Source: Candidatus Zambryskibacteria bacterium RIFCSPLOWO2_12_FULL_39_16 (lineage in GTDB: Bacteria; Patescibacteriota; Minisyncoccia; Phycocordibacterales; WO2-35-19). Taken from it: DNA of 41,561 nucleotides. Position 1 is the stretch's first letter. Every line of letters begins with the position of its first letter. Under the pieces are notes generated by a model. The model made no database searches. It saw nothing but the letters and a program-made list of their open reading frames with translations, and was not told where the DNA came from. A program made the translations under genes and the position numbers. The stretch spans positions 1-41,561 of the forward strand of contig MHWS01000003.1 in assembly GCA_001824215.1 (NCBI GenBank). The letters are read 5' to 3'. Positions 1 to 8,234 of this stretch are shown here, piece after piece.

Positions 1-61
1 TAGAAAAAGTTTTTTGGGTTATAAATGATAGCAGAATTAGCGATGGTAGAGGAGGTGTATC

Positions 62-700
62 TTGCCCGAACAACGGTTGCCCAATCATGAGGATTTTTCA
101 GTTTTTGAAAAGGAATTGGCAAAGAGGGGATTTCGTCGAATTTCAAGCCCGGAATTCTCTTCCCAATTTTATAGATTGGGACTTAAAGCTCCTCGTCCCC
201 GTAAGGGTAGGGAGCTCGGGTATCTCTTTTACGCCAATGAGTACAGTGTTTTTGTCTGGACTACTTGGCTTCCAAAAGAAGAGGTGGCCAGAGCAAGCGA
301 CGCCGGCTGGGTCTTAATCGCCGAAAGAGATAATGTCTTGTACTTTTCACATCCCATACACAGAACTAAGAATTTTCTCCAAAACCTCCTGATGCAAGCT
401 CGTATCGCTTGCTGGAAGGTCAGGCATCGCCCGCTTTGCCCCGAGTGCAGCAATTTTATGAACATTGTCCAAGGCCGAGCTTTAAAGCAAAGGTTTTGGA
501 AATGCGACCGTAAAAAGTTGCATACAGGCGGTGTAGACAGGTTTAGAAGTTGGGATTACGGATTACCCGAAGATGTAATCAACTTTCTCAAGCCTATCCG
601 TAAGAGGAGAAGAAAGAGATACGCCACTCTTCGGACAACAGGTAGAGAACCTCATCAAGCAATGCTTAGTAGAAAAAGGTGGGGCAAAAGAAAACAGTAG
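62..700 (+). CDS. Hypothetical basic protein with a possible zinc ribbon (CPEC...WKC...H)
   Basis: 212 aa ORF with TTG start, GGAGGTG SD at 51-57, and a strong hairpin downstream. No family recognised. Confidence 0.7.
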   Translation: MPEQRLPNHEDFSVFEKELAKRGFRRISSPEFSSQFYRLGLKAPRPRKGRELGYLFYANEYSVFVWTTWLPKEEVARASDAGWVLIAERDNVLYFSHPIHRTKNFLQNLLMQARIACWKVRHRPLCPECSNFMNIVQGRALKQRFWKCDRKKLHTGGVDRFRSWDYGLPEDVINFLKPIRKRRRKRYATLRTTGREPHQAMLSRKRWGKRKQ

Positions 701-705
701 AAATC

Positions 706-741
706 AGGTCGTCTGTGAAGTTCGCAGACGACCTCTTGTTT
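706..741 (+). terminator. Intrinsic terminator
   Basis: AGGTCGTCTGTG / CGCAGACGACCT stem followed by CTTGTTT, just after the 62..700 ORF. Confidence 0.7.
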
Positions 742-768
742 GACAATAAACCCTTATTTCTAACGGGG

Positions 769-796
769 TTGACTTAAAAGCCTTATTTGGTAATAT
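769..796 (+). promoter_or_regulatory. Sigma70-type promoter for the rpsS block
   Basis: TTGACT (769-774), 16 nt spacer, TG-extended TAATAT (791-796). Confidence 0.55.
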
Positions 797-801
797 ATCG
801 T

Positions 802-820
802 AGTCCGCCTAAGGCGGATT
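802..820. repeat. Short palindrome of the TCCGCC..GGCGGA family
   Basis: AGTCCGCCT-A-AGGCGGATT. A related copy lies inside comF at 5153-5168. Confidence 0.55.
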
Positions 821-846
821 AAATTTGCCAGTGAAATAATATATTT

Positions 847-1194
847 ATGTCACGATCACTCAAAAAAGGCCCTTATGTTGACCCAAGGGTAATGAAAAAA
901 ATTGAAGGAAAAAAACCACAAGAAACTGGGGTTATTAAGACTTGGTCAAGAGCTTGTGTCATCGCTCCGGAGATGATTGGCTTCATTTTTGGCGTCCACA
1001 ACGGCCGAGATCATATTGAAGTTTTCGTTACCGAAGATATGGTTGGTCACAAATTGGGAGAGTTTTCACTTACTCGCAAATTTATAAAACACGGAGGCAA
1101 AATACAGAAAGAGCTTGAAGCTAAGAAAAAAGAAGATGAAATAATGGCAGCTAAGGGAGCTAAAGAGGCGACAACAGGGGCAGTCAAGAAATAA
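847..1194 (+). CDS. rpsS: 30S ribosomal protein S19
   Basis: [25 protein letters not shown] motifs, plus a charged C-terminal extension. Confidence 0.98.
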   Translation: MSRSLKKGPYVDPRVMKKIEGKKPQETGVIKTWSRACVIAPEMIGFIFGVHNGRDHIEVFVTEDMVGHKLGEFSLTRKFIKHGGKIQKELEAKKKEDEIMAAKGAKEATTGAVKK

Positions 1195-1204
1195 TTTTAG
1201 TATC

Positions 1205-1579
1205 ATGAATGAAATAACCGCACAACTAAATGATTACAGACAATCACCAAGAAAGGTAAGGGTGGTGGCTGACACTATAAAGGGTAAATCGGTTGTTGAC
1301 GCCAAAAATAGATTGGATTTTATAACCAAACGAGCCACCGGTCCTTTGAATAAACTTTTGAGTTCAGCCATTGCCAACGCCAAAAACTCCGGAGCAAATG
1401 TAGAAAATCTTTGGATTAAGTCCATCACTGTCAATGCAGGTCAAATATTGCACAGACGCAGACCTGTTTCCCGCGGGTCATCCCACCCTATCAACAAGCG
1501 CACTTCCCATATTAAAATAGTTTTGGTGGAGAAATTAAAAGAAGCAAAGAAGGAAAAAAGTAAAGATAAAAATAAATAA
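1205..1579 (+). CDS. rplV: 50S ribosomal protein L22
   Basis: RQSPRKVRVV, SAIANA, KRTSHI motifs and gene order. Confidence 0.97.
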   Translation: MNEITAQLNDYRQSPRKVRVVADTIKGKSVVDAKNRLDFITKRATGPLNKLLSSAIANAKNSGANVENLWIKSITVNAGQILHRRRPVSRGSSHPINKRTSHIKIVLVEKLKEAKKEKSKDKNK

Positions 1580-1583
1580 AATC

Positions 1584-2258
1584 ATGACCCATACCGTACA
1601 TCCATATGCACATAGGCTTGGTATCATCCGCGACTGGAAGTCGCGTTGGTTTAGCGTCAAACCCAAATACAAAGAAAATTTGAGAGGTGATGTTTTGATT
1701 ATGGAATATCTTAAAAAGCGCTTGAAAGGATGCTTCGTTAATTCCACCGAAATTGAAAGAAGCGCTAAAACTTTCAGGATTATCATTGAAACTTCTCGTC
1801 CTGGCTTTATTATAGGCCGAAGTGGTGAGGGGATGATCAAACTTCGAGGAGATATTATTGCTTTCATGAAGAAGCATGATTTGAGCACCAAGGAAGAATT
1901 AAAAATAGATGTAAAAGAAGTAAAATCACCGGAATCAAGCGCTATGATAGCTGCTCAAATGGTGGCCGAAGGACTTGAAAAGAGGATGCCTTTCAGAAGG
2001 GTGACGAAAACTATGGTTGAAAAAGCTTTTGCCAACCGTGATGTAAAAGGTGTCAAAATAACAATTTCCGGCATTATGGGAGGCTCCAATATGGCTAGGA
2101 TTGAGACCAAAAAAGTGGGCCGTATTCCGCTACAGACTTTGAGAGCCGATATTGATTACGCTTTTTATGAAGCTCTTTTGCCGCTTGGAAAAATCGGTAT
2201 AAAGGTCTGGATTTATAAAGGGGATATATTTAATAAAGATAAGAGTGTTAAGCCCTAA
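1584..2258 (+). CDS. rpsC: 30S ribosomal protein S3
   Basis: RLGIIRDWKSRWF, RPGFIIG, GRIPLQTLRADIDY, GIKVWI. Confidence 0.98.
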   Translation: MTHTVHPYAHRLGIIRDWKSRWFSVKPKYKENLRGDVLIMEYLKKRLKGCFVNSTEIERSAKTFRIIIETSRPGFIIGRSGEGMIKLRGDIIAFMKKHDLSTKEELKIDVKEVKSPESSAMIAAQMVAEGLEKRMPFRRVTKTMVEKAFANRDVKGVKITISGIMGGSNMARIETKKVGRIPLQTLRADIDYAFYEALLPLGKIGIKVWIYKGDIFNKDKSVKP

Positions 2259-2267
2259 TTTAATACC

Positions 2268-2687
2268 ATGCTATTTCCCAAAAAAGTTAAACATAGAAAG
2301 TGGCATACCATGCGCAAAAATCCAAACAAAGTTGGACCGGCTACTCGCGGCGTCAACGTCTCTTTTGGTTCATATGGTCTCAAAGCATTGACTCCTGGCA
2401 GGATCACTTCAAACCAGATTGAATCAGCCAGAAAAGCCATCATCCGCAACTTGGGTAAAACAGGCAGAGTTTGGATACGTATTTTCCCAGATATGCCTTT
2501 TACAAAGAAACCAGCCGAAGTAAAGATGGGTAAAGGCAAAGGAGATATCCAAGGCTACCATGTCAGGGTTTTGGCCGGACAGGTTTTGTTTGAAGCCGAT
2601 GGTGTGGCTCCGGTAGTGGCTATCGAATCTTTGCGTAAAGGTGGCACCAAAATGCCTGTAAAAACCAAAATTGTAACCAGACATTAG
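2268..2687 (+). CDS. rplP: 50S ribosomal protein L16
   Basis: MLFPKKVKHRK, QIESARKA, WIRIFPD, MGKGKG. Confidence 0.98.
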   Translation: MLFPKKVKHRKWHTMRKNPNKVGPATRGVNVSFGSYGLKALTPGRITSNQIESARKAIIRNLGKTGRVWIRIFPDMPFTKKPAEVKMGKGKGDIQGYHVRVLAGQVLFEADGVAPVVAIESLRKGGTKMPVKTKIVTRH

Positions 2688-2694
2688 TAAAAGC

Positions 2695-2723
2695 GTCGCA
2701 CTCCAAAGGACGTATCGTGCGAC
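2695..2723. repeat. Small Y-shaped palindromic element in the rplP-rpmC spacer
   Basis: GTCGCAC...GTGCGAC enclosing a TCC-AAA-GGA mini-hairpin. Confidence 0.5.
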
Positions 2724-2741
2724 ATAATTACGCTAAATTAA

Positions 2742-2924
2742 ATGAAAAAAGAATTATCAAAAAAGAGCCAAGTCGATTTGATGAGAGAGCTAGATGAAAA
2801 GCGTCTTTCTTTGCGAGATATCCGGTTTGGCACCGCCGGAAGTAAAAGTAAAAATGTCAAAGAACAAAAAACGATAAAGAAAGATATCGCCAGAATAAAG
2901 ACAGTATTAAGTATTAAGAAATAA
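2742..2924 (+). CDS. rpmC: 50S ribosomal protein L29
   Basis: IKKDIARIKTVL motif, size and gene order. Confidence 0.95.
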   Translation: MKKELSKKSQVDLMRELDEKRLSLRDIRFGTAGSKSKNVKEQKTIKKDIARIKTVLSIKK

Positions 2925-2929
2925 ATATT

Positions 2930-3193
2930 ATGAATAAGAAAAAAACAGAAAAGAATACGGTAAAAAAGATAAACAGCAAAATCCTTAGCGGTATTGTGGT
3001 ATCGGATAAGATGAAAGATACTTGCGTCGTTTCGATTACCAGATTTGTGAAGCATAAAAAATATAAGAAATATTATAAAGTAAGCAAGAAGTATAAAGCC
3101 CATAATGTCGGCAATACCAAAAAAATAGGGGATAAAGTATCGATAATTTCAAGCAGGCCGATTTCAAAAGATAAACATTTTATAGTTATATGA
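2930..3193 (+). CDS. rpsQ: 30S ribosomal protein S17
   Basis: GIVVSDKMKDT, KKYKAH, RPISKDK. Confidence 0.97.
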   Translation: MNKKKTEKNTVKKINSKILSGIVVSDKMKDTCVVSITRFVKHKKYKKYYKVSKKYKAHNVGNTKKIGDKVSIISSRPISKDKHFIVI

Positions 3194-3567
3194 TTCAACC
3201 AAGATCAATAGTAAAAGTAGCCGATAATTCAGGAGCCAAAATAGGCCGAGTCTTTAAGGTATTGGGCAGTTCCAAAAAAAGATACGCTAGAATCGGCGAA
3301 TTGGTTATTTTTTCCGTTCAGAAAGCTGAACCTCGCAAAGAAATTAAGAAAAAAGCGGTACTTTTGGGTTTGGTAGTCCGCCAAAAAGCACCGCTTAAAA
3401 GAAAGGATGGTTCCTATATCCGTTTTGATGAAAATGCGGTTATTGTGGTGGAGCAAAAAAAGGGTGAGATCTTGCCTAAAGCCGGCAGAATATTTGGTCC
3501 TATTCCAAGAGAAATCGCCGAAGCCGGACATCAGGCAATCGTTTCCTTGGCACCCGAAATAATATAA
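3190..3567 (+). CDS. rplN: 50S ribosomal protein L14
   Basis: MIQ, VADNSGA, RFDENA, RIFGPI, SLAPEI. Confidence 0.98.
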   Translation: MIQPRSIVKVADNSGAKIGRVFKVLGSSKKRYARIGELVIFSVQKAEPRKEIKKKAVLLGLVVRQKAPLKRKDGSYIRFDENAVIVVEQKKGEILPKAGRIFGPIPREIAEAGHQAIVSLAPEII

Positions 3568-3610
3568 CCTCACCCCCTCCCCCTCTCCTAGATACAGGAG
3601 AGGGGGAGGG
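3568..3610. repeat. CCTCACCCC-type REP-like palindrome
   Basis: CCTCAC leader plus perfect 15 bp stem CCCTCCCCCTCTCCT/AGGAGAGGGGGAGGG with a 6 nt loop. Sister copy inside uvrB. Confidence 0.85.
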
Positions 3611-3630
3611 AAAGAAAAACAAACAAAAAC

Positions 3631-3849
3631 ATGAAAATAAAAAAAGGAGACAAAGTAAAAATAATAACAGGCAAAGACAAGGGCAAAACCGGTGCTGTTA
3701 TAAAATCATTCCCAAAAGATTTTGCTGTATTGGTGGAGGGTATAAATAAAAAGAAAGTACATCAAAAACCAAGAAAAGGCGGAGAAAAAGGTAAAATAAT
3801 AGAACAAGCGGCACCGGTGCATGTCTCAAATGTCCAAAAAATAAAATAA
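3631..3849 (+). CDS. rplX: 50S ribosomal protein L24 (short form)
   Basis: KIKKGDKVKIITGKDKGK KOW motif, VEGIN, APVHVSNV. Ends at 72 aa. Confidence 0.97.
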   Translation: MKIKKGDKVKIITGKDKGKTGAVIKSFPKDFAVLVEGINKKKVHQKPRKGGEKGKIIEQAAPVHVSNVQKIK

Positions 3850-3850
3850 T

Positions 3851-4387
3851 ATGAAATTAATGAAAGAAAAAACAAAAGAAATCTTCAAAGAACTCAAAGG
3901 AAAATTGGGATTGAAAAATATTATGCAATCTCCGAAAATCGTTAAAGTAACAGTTTCTTCCGGTGTCGGCTCTTTTAACGATAAAAAGAAAATAGACGTT
4001 GTTATTGACAGACTAGCCAAGATTACCGGCCAAAAACCGGTTAAAAGAGGAGCTAAAAAATCAATCGCCACTTTTAAGTCAAGAGAAGGAGACACTGTAG
4101 GGGTGCAAGTAACCCTCCGAGGGGAGAAAATGTGGGGCTTTTTGGATAGGCTTTTTAATGTTGCTCTGCCTCGTACTAAAGACTTCAGGGGTATCCCGCC
4201 AAGCGCTATAGATGAAATGGGGAATTATACTCTTTCAATAAAAGAACACACTATATTTCCGGAAACCGCCGACGAAGACCTCAAAGATGTTTTTGGTTTT
4301 GCTGTCACCATTGTCACCAGCTTGAAAAACAAAGCTTCTACTTTTGAATTCTTCAAAGCTCTCAACCTTCCGTTCAAAAAGAGATAA
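3851..4387 (+). CDS. rplE: 50S ribosomal protein L5
   Basis: ITGQKP, AKKSIATFK, VTLRG, ALPRTKDFRG, IFPE. Confidence 0.98.
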   Translation: MKLMKEKTKEIFKELKGKLGLKNIMQSPKIVKVTVSSGVGSFNDKKKIDVVIDRLAKITGQKPVKRGAKKSIATFKSREGDTVGVQVTLRGEKMWGFLDRLFNVALPRTKDFRGIPPSAIDEMGNYTLSIKEHTIFPETADEDLKDVFGFAVTIVTSLKNKASTFEFFKALNLPFKKR

Positions 4388-4468
4388 GAGCTACACTATT
4401 GTTTCGATTACACTCTTTGCTTTTAAGTCTCTGTTGTGCTATAAAAAGTACGGAGGTTATGGTTATAT

Positions 4469-4846
4469 ATGAAAAATGCACATGTTTTTGTTGTTGAAGA
4501 TATGGCGCCTATACGAAGAGAAATTCGTGAACATCTTAAACTTTCAGGCCATAAACTTGTTTTGGAAGCCACTACTTTGGAGGAAACTTTCAATATTATC
4601 AAAAACGGTGAGCTGGGAAAAGAGGCTGTGAATATTGTTATTCTTGACGCCAATTTTCCCGAGAAAGCTGGCAAGGAAACTGAATATCTTGGACCAAGAG
4701 TTGCCACGGTACTCAAACACCGTTATCCAGATGTGAAAGTGATGGCTTTCACCGGTATGTCAAAAGAGTATGCTACATACGGTGATATCTACGTTGACAA
4801 AAGTTATGGGGTAGAACATCTCATTGAAGCCATAACATCTCTGTAA
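4469..4846 (+). CDS. Stand-alone response regulator receiver (REC) domain protein
   Basis: VVED, IVILD phospho-Asp, FTG and K of a CheY fold. GGAGGT SD at 4452-4457. Confidence 0.8.
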   Translation: MKNAHVFVVEDMAPIRREIREHLKLSGHKLVLEATTLEETFNIIKNGELGKEAVNIVILDANFPEKAGKETEYLGPRVATVLKHRYPDVKVMAFTGMSKEYATYGDIYVDKSYGVEHLIEAITSL

Positions 4847-4863
4847 ACAAATTGTTTCGTTTA

Positions 4864-4905
4864 GGAAATCGTTTCCGATTTTCTGGATGGAGCGATTTTC
4901 TTTTT
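4864..4905 (+). terminator. Terminator between the convergent REC gene and comF
   Basis: GGAAATCGTTTC / GGAGCGATTTTC stem with G-U pairs, followed by TTTTT. Confidence 0.55.
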
Positions 4906-5581
4906 AATGTGCGATGAAGAGGCCGATGACGCGCTTACAGCCGGCAGATAAGAGGGCTCGACGGGCTTCGGTGAAGGAGGCACCAGTCGTATAGACATCA
5001 TCTATTACTATGACTATACGACCCTGAGTTTGCCCTCGGGTGGCCTCCATTGAGTCTTTTACGTTTTCTGTCCTTTTTTCTCTACTCAAAGTCGTTTGTC
5101 TTTCGGTTTCTCTCACTTTTTTTAAAGTATTATAGGAAACTTCTATGCTCTCTCCGTCAGCCGGCGGACCCAATTTTATTATTTCTCTGCATAATTCTTC
5201 GCATTGGTTAAAACTCCTGTTTCTCAATTCTTTTTTGCTCATAGGCATTGGCACAAGAAGAGGTAAGGCACCGTGAAAAAGAGCGATTTCAGAAGAGATA
5301 TCCAATATTTCTTCATACAAATAAATGGCGATTCTCTTTCTTAAACTGGCATTATTTTTATATTTGATTGATTTGACCATGAGCCGGACGATTTTGTTTT
5401 GATAATCAAACAGGACAAAAATATCCTTCATATAGACGGGAGATTTTGGCAAAAGGTCTCGCATTGTACTTGCCGGAAAGTCCAAAAGCTTTTGGATTTT
5501 TATATCTTCCGGCACCAAAATGTCAGTAACGGCTTCTATAAGTTTTTTTGTCCAGTTTACAAATGACTTTATAATAAGCAT
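4904..5581 (-). CDS. comF: ComF family phosphoribosyltransferase-like competence protein
   Basis: IKYK, LVPMP, RSFNQ, VIDDVYTTGAS PRT motif. Divergent from pilM. Confidence 0.9.
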   Translation of the reverse strand: MLIIKSFVNWTKKLIEAVTDILVPEDIKIQKLLDFPASTMRDLLPKSPVYMKDIFVLFDYQNKIVRLMVKSIKYKNNASLRKRIAIYLYEEILDISSEIALFHGALPLLVPMPMSKKELRNRSFNQCEELCREIIKLGPPADGESIEVSYNTLKKVRETERQTTLSREKRTENVKDSMEATRGQTQGRIVIVIDDVYTTGASFTEARRALLSAGCKRVIGLFIAH

Positions 5582-5625
5582 TGTGATACAATTATGATTG
5601 AATTAAGTGAAATTTTACAATCGTT

Positions 5626-6732
5626 ATGAATTTTATTTCTGATATTTTTAAAAAGAAAACCACAAGTGCTTTGGGTATTGATATAGGCTCCTCCTCAATA
5701 AAGGTAGTACAACTTCAGAAAAAAGGGAACAAAGCGGTCTTGGAAACATATGGTGAACTTTCCCTTGGACCATATGGCGGAGTTTCTGTCGGCCAATCTA
5801 CCAATTTGACCACCGATAAAATAGCCCAAGCGGTGAATGACCTTCTTAACGAAAAAGAAGTCGCCATTACTACCAAAGTCTGCGGGCTAGCCATCCCTTT
5901 CAAGGCTAGTTTGCTCCTGACTATGGAAATGCCTGACATAGGACAAAAAGAACTAGCCTCTATGGTGCCGATAGAAGCTCGCAAATATATACCGGTACCG
6001 ATATCAGACGTCACCATTGATTGGTCAATTATACCAAAGTCGAAGGTTGAGGAAAGTGTTTCTCAAGAAGAAAATAAAGGTAAAATAAAAACCTTGGATA
6101 TTTTATTGGTGGCTATACACAACAATATTATCAATCAGTATAAGGAAATTGTTTCTAAAACCCAGCTTGATGCCAAATTTTTTGAAATAGAAATATTTAG
6201 TTCTATGAGAGCTATTCTTGAAGGTGTACAGTGGCCTGTTATGATTTTTGATATGGGCGCTTCAACTACCAAACTTTACACGGTAGACAGAGGTGTAATT
6301 GAACATTCACACACAATAAACAAAGGCTCTCAGGATATAACTTTAAATATTGCTAGGATCTTGAATATTCCGGTAGAAGAAGCGGAAGTTTTAAAAAGAT
6401 CTGTTGGTATGGGTAAAACTGCAGATGGTGTGGATCTTTCGGAAACTGTATCTGTTGTCGCCGATAGCATATTTACCGAGGCAAATAGATTTTTGTTTGA
6501 TTTCCAAAAGAAGAAAAATCAAAATATGAAATCGATATTTCTAACCGGTGGCGGTTCGGCTCTCCGAGGTTTTAGAGATTTGGCCGCTAAAAATTTTAAA
6601 GTAGAAGTGATTTCTGGGAATCCTTTTGAAAAAGTTGAGACTCCTGCATTTTTGGAAAATATACTTAAAGTGACTGGCCCTGAATTTACGGTTGCTGTAG
6701 GTGTCGCTCTGCGCTGTCTCCAGGAAATTTGA
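5626..6732 (+). CDS. pilM: Type IV pilus assembly protein PilM (actin-like)
   Basis: LGIDIGSSSIKVV, EARKYIP, DMGASTT, LTGGGS, VAVGVALR. Confidence 0.93.
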   Translation: MNFISDIFKKKTTSALGIDIGSSSIKVVQLQKKGNKAVLETYGELSLGPYGGVSVGQSTNLTTDKIAQAVNDLLNEKEVAITTKVCGLAIPFKASLLLTMEMPDIGQKELASMVPIEARKYIPVPISDVTIDWSIIPKSKVEESVSQEENKGKIKTLDILLVAIHNNIINQYKEIVSKTQLDAKFFEIEIFSSMRAILEGVQWPVMIFDMGASTTKLYTVDRGVIEHSHTINKGSQDITLNIARILNIPVEEAEVLKRSVGMGKTADGVDLSETVSVVADSIFTEANRFLFDFQKKKNQNMKSIFLTGGGSALRGFRDLAAKNFKVEVISGNPFEKVETPAFLENILKVTGPEFTVAVGVALRCLQEI

Positions 6733-6798
6733 TTGTTTAGTAATCAACAATATTTGTACACTTACATATATTTATAGAGTATAATTAGAGCGAGTATT

Positions 6799-7368
6799 AT
6801 GGCACCAAATTTTCAATCATCATTCATACCTAAAAATCCGACCACGGAAAGGGTTTTTCAAAAGAAAAAAACCGGTATGGTTGGTGTTTTGGTGGTTTCT
6901 TTATTCGTCATTTCAATTATTGCTTCTATAGGGTTATTTATATACAGTGGCATAGTAAAGAACGACATCCAAAGTCTAGGGTCTCAGATTATAGAAGCCG
7001 AAAAAAATGCAGACAAAGAATCAATAAATCAGATGTCCCAGTTTAGTAACAAATTGAGTGCAGTTAAAATCATAGTCAACAGGCACAGAGTAATATCAAA
7101 TTTTTTAAATGCTTTTGCTTCTTCGGTCGTCAACACAGTTCAATTTACCAGTTTTAATTATGGAAACCTGACAGGGAGTGAGCTCGCTGTCAATTTGAAA
7201 GGCAAGGCTACCGGCTATTCCAGCATTGCTTTACAAGAAGATGTATTTTCTCATAATAAAAATTTTAAATCGATGACATTTTCAAATTTAACTTTGGCTG
7301 AAGGAGGCATGGTTTCTTTTGATTTAGAGATTTTGGTAGACCCACAAATTGCTACTTATTCCCCATAA
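6799..7368 (+). CDS. PilN-like alignment protein
   Basis: N-terminal SFIPK then one TM helix, coiled coil and a ferredoxin-like C-terminus. Follows pilM. Confidence 0.7.
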   Translation: MAPNFQSSFIPKNPTTERVFQKKKTGMVGVLVVSLFVISIIASIGLFIYSGIVKNDIQSLGSQIIEAEKNADKESINQMSQFSNKLSAVKIIVNRHRVISNFLNAFASSVVNTVQFTSFNYGNLTGSELAVNLKGKATGYSSIALQEDVFSHNKNFKSMTFSNLTLAEGGMVSFDLEILVDPQIATYSP

Positions 7369-7378
7369 AATTAAAAAT

Positions 7379-7924
7379 ATGAGCAATACCTCGATAATCG
7401 CATACGCAGTCCTTACTCTCTCAATCGGGTATGCCTTTGTCTACCCTTCATTTGGGGATTTAAACAGTCTTCTAGATAAAAAACAAGAATATGCCAATGC
7501 TCTAAATACAATCAGCAATATTGAAGATAAAAAAAATGAACTGCTGACTGAGTTTAATAACATATCTGAGGCTAAAAAAACAGATATAAACATCGTCTTG
7601 CCCAGTTCTTTGGATTTTGTGAGATTGATTTCTCAAATTGATACAGTTGCTGCAAGCCATGGCATATCTATAGATAAAATTTCTTCAAAAAATGTTGATT
7701 CTCCCGTTGGAACTTCAATAGAGAATCCAGAACCCCAAAATCCTTACAATTCTTCAATTATTGGATTTTCTTTTGTTACCTCATATGATAATTTTAAAGC
7801 TTTTTTGAGTGATTTGGAAAAAAGTTTGCGAATTTTAGATGTCAAATCCACAAGGATAGAGACTCAAGATAAGAATGGACTGTATTTGTATGATGTTGAA
7901 TTTGAAACTTATTGGCTTAAATAA
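7379..7924 (+). CDS. PilO-like alignment protein
   Basis: TM helix, coiled coil, SYDNFKAFLSDLEKSLRILDV motif. ATG at 7379 preferred. Confidence 0.8.
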   Translation: MSNTSIIAYAVLTLSIGYAFVYPSFGDLNSLLDKKQEYANALNTISNIEDKKNELLTEFNNISEAKKTDINIVLPSSLDFVRLISQIDTVAASHGISIDKISSKNVDSPVGTSIENPEPQNPYNSSIIGFSFVTSYDNFKAFLSDLEKSLRILDVKSTRIETQDKNGLYLYDVEFETYWLK

Positions 7925-7926
7925 TT

Positions 7927-8223
7927 ATGAAAAATTCAAAAAATAAACGAACTGTTATTCTAGTCATAATTCTTTTGGGGCTCTTGATTATTGCTTATAA
8001 GGTTATCTTTATGCCCGGAACCTCTGTTGATGTAGTTGATACCATGGACACAACGGATATCTTAGCAAATAGCAGTACGGGAGATATTTTGAAAGAAATA
8101 GAAAGTATAAATTTTGATACAAGCATAATGGATGATCAAAGTTTCAAATCTCTTAAAAGTATTGAAACTCCTTTAATATCATTGCCGATTGGTAGAAACA
8201 ACCCATTTTCTAGTTCCAATTAA
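7927..8223 (+). CDS. Small membrane protein, PilP-like (GRNNPF motif)
   Basis: One TM helix and a C-terminal GRxNPF resembling the PilP RDPF motif. Follows pilO. Confidence 0.55.
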   Translation: MKNSKNKRTVILVIILLGLLIIAYKVIFMPGTSVDVVDTMDTTDILANSSTGDILKEIESINFDTSIMDDQSFKSLKSIETPLISLPIGRNNPFSSSN

Positions 8224-8234
8224 TATTTCAAATC

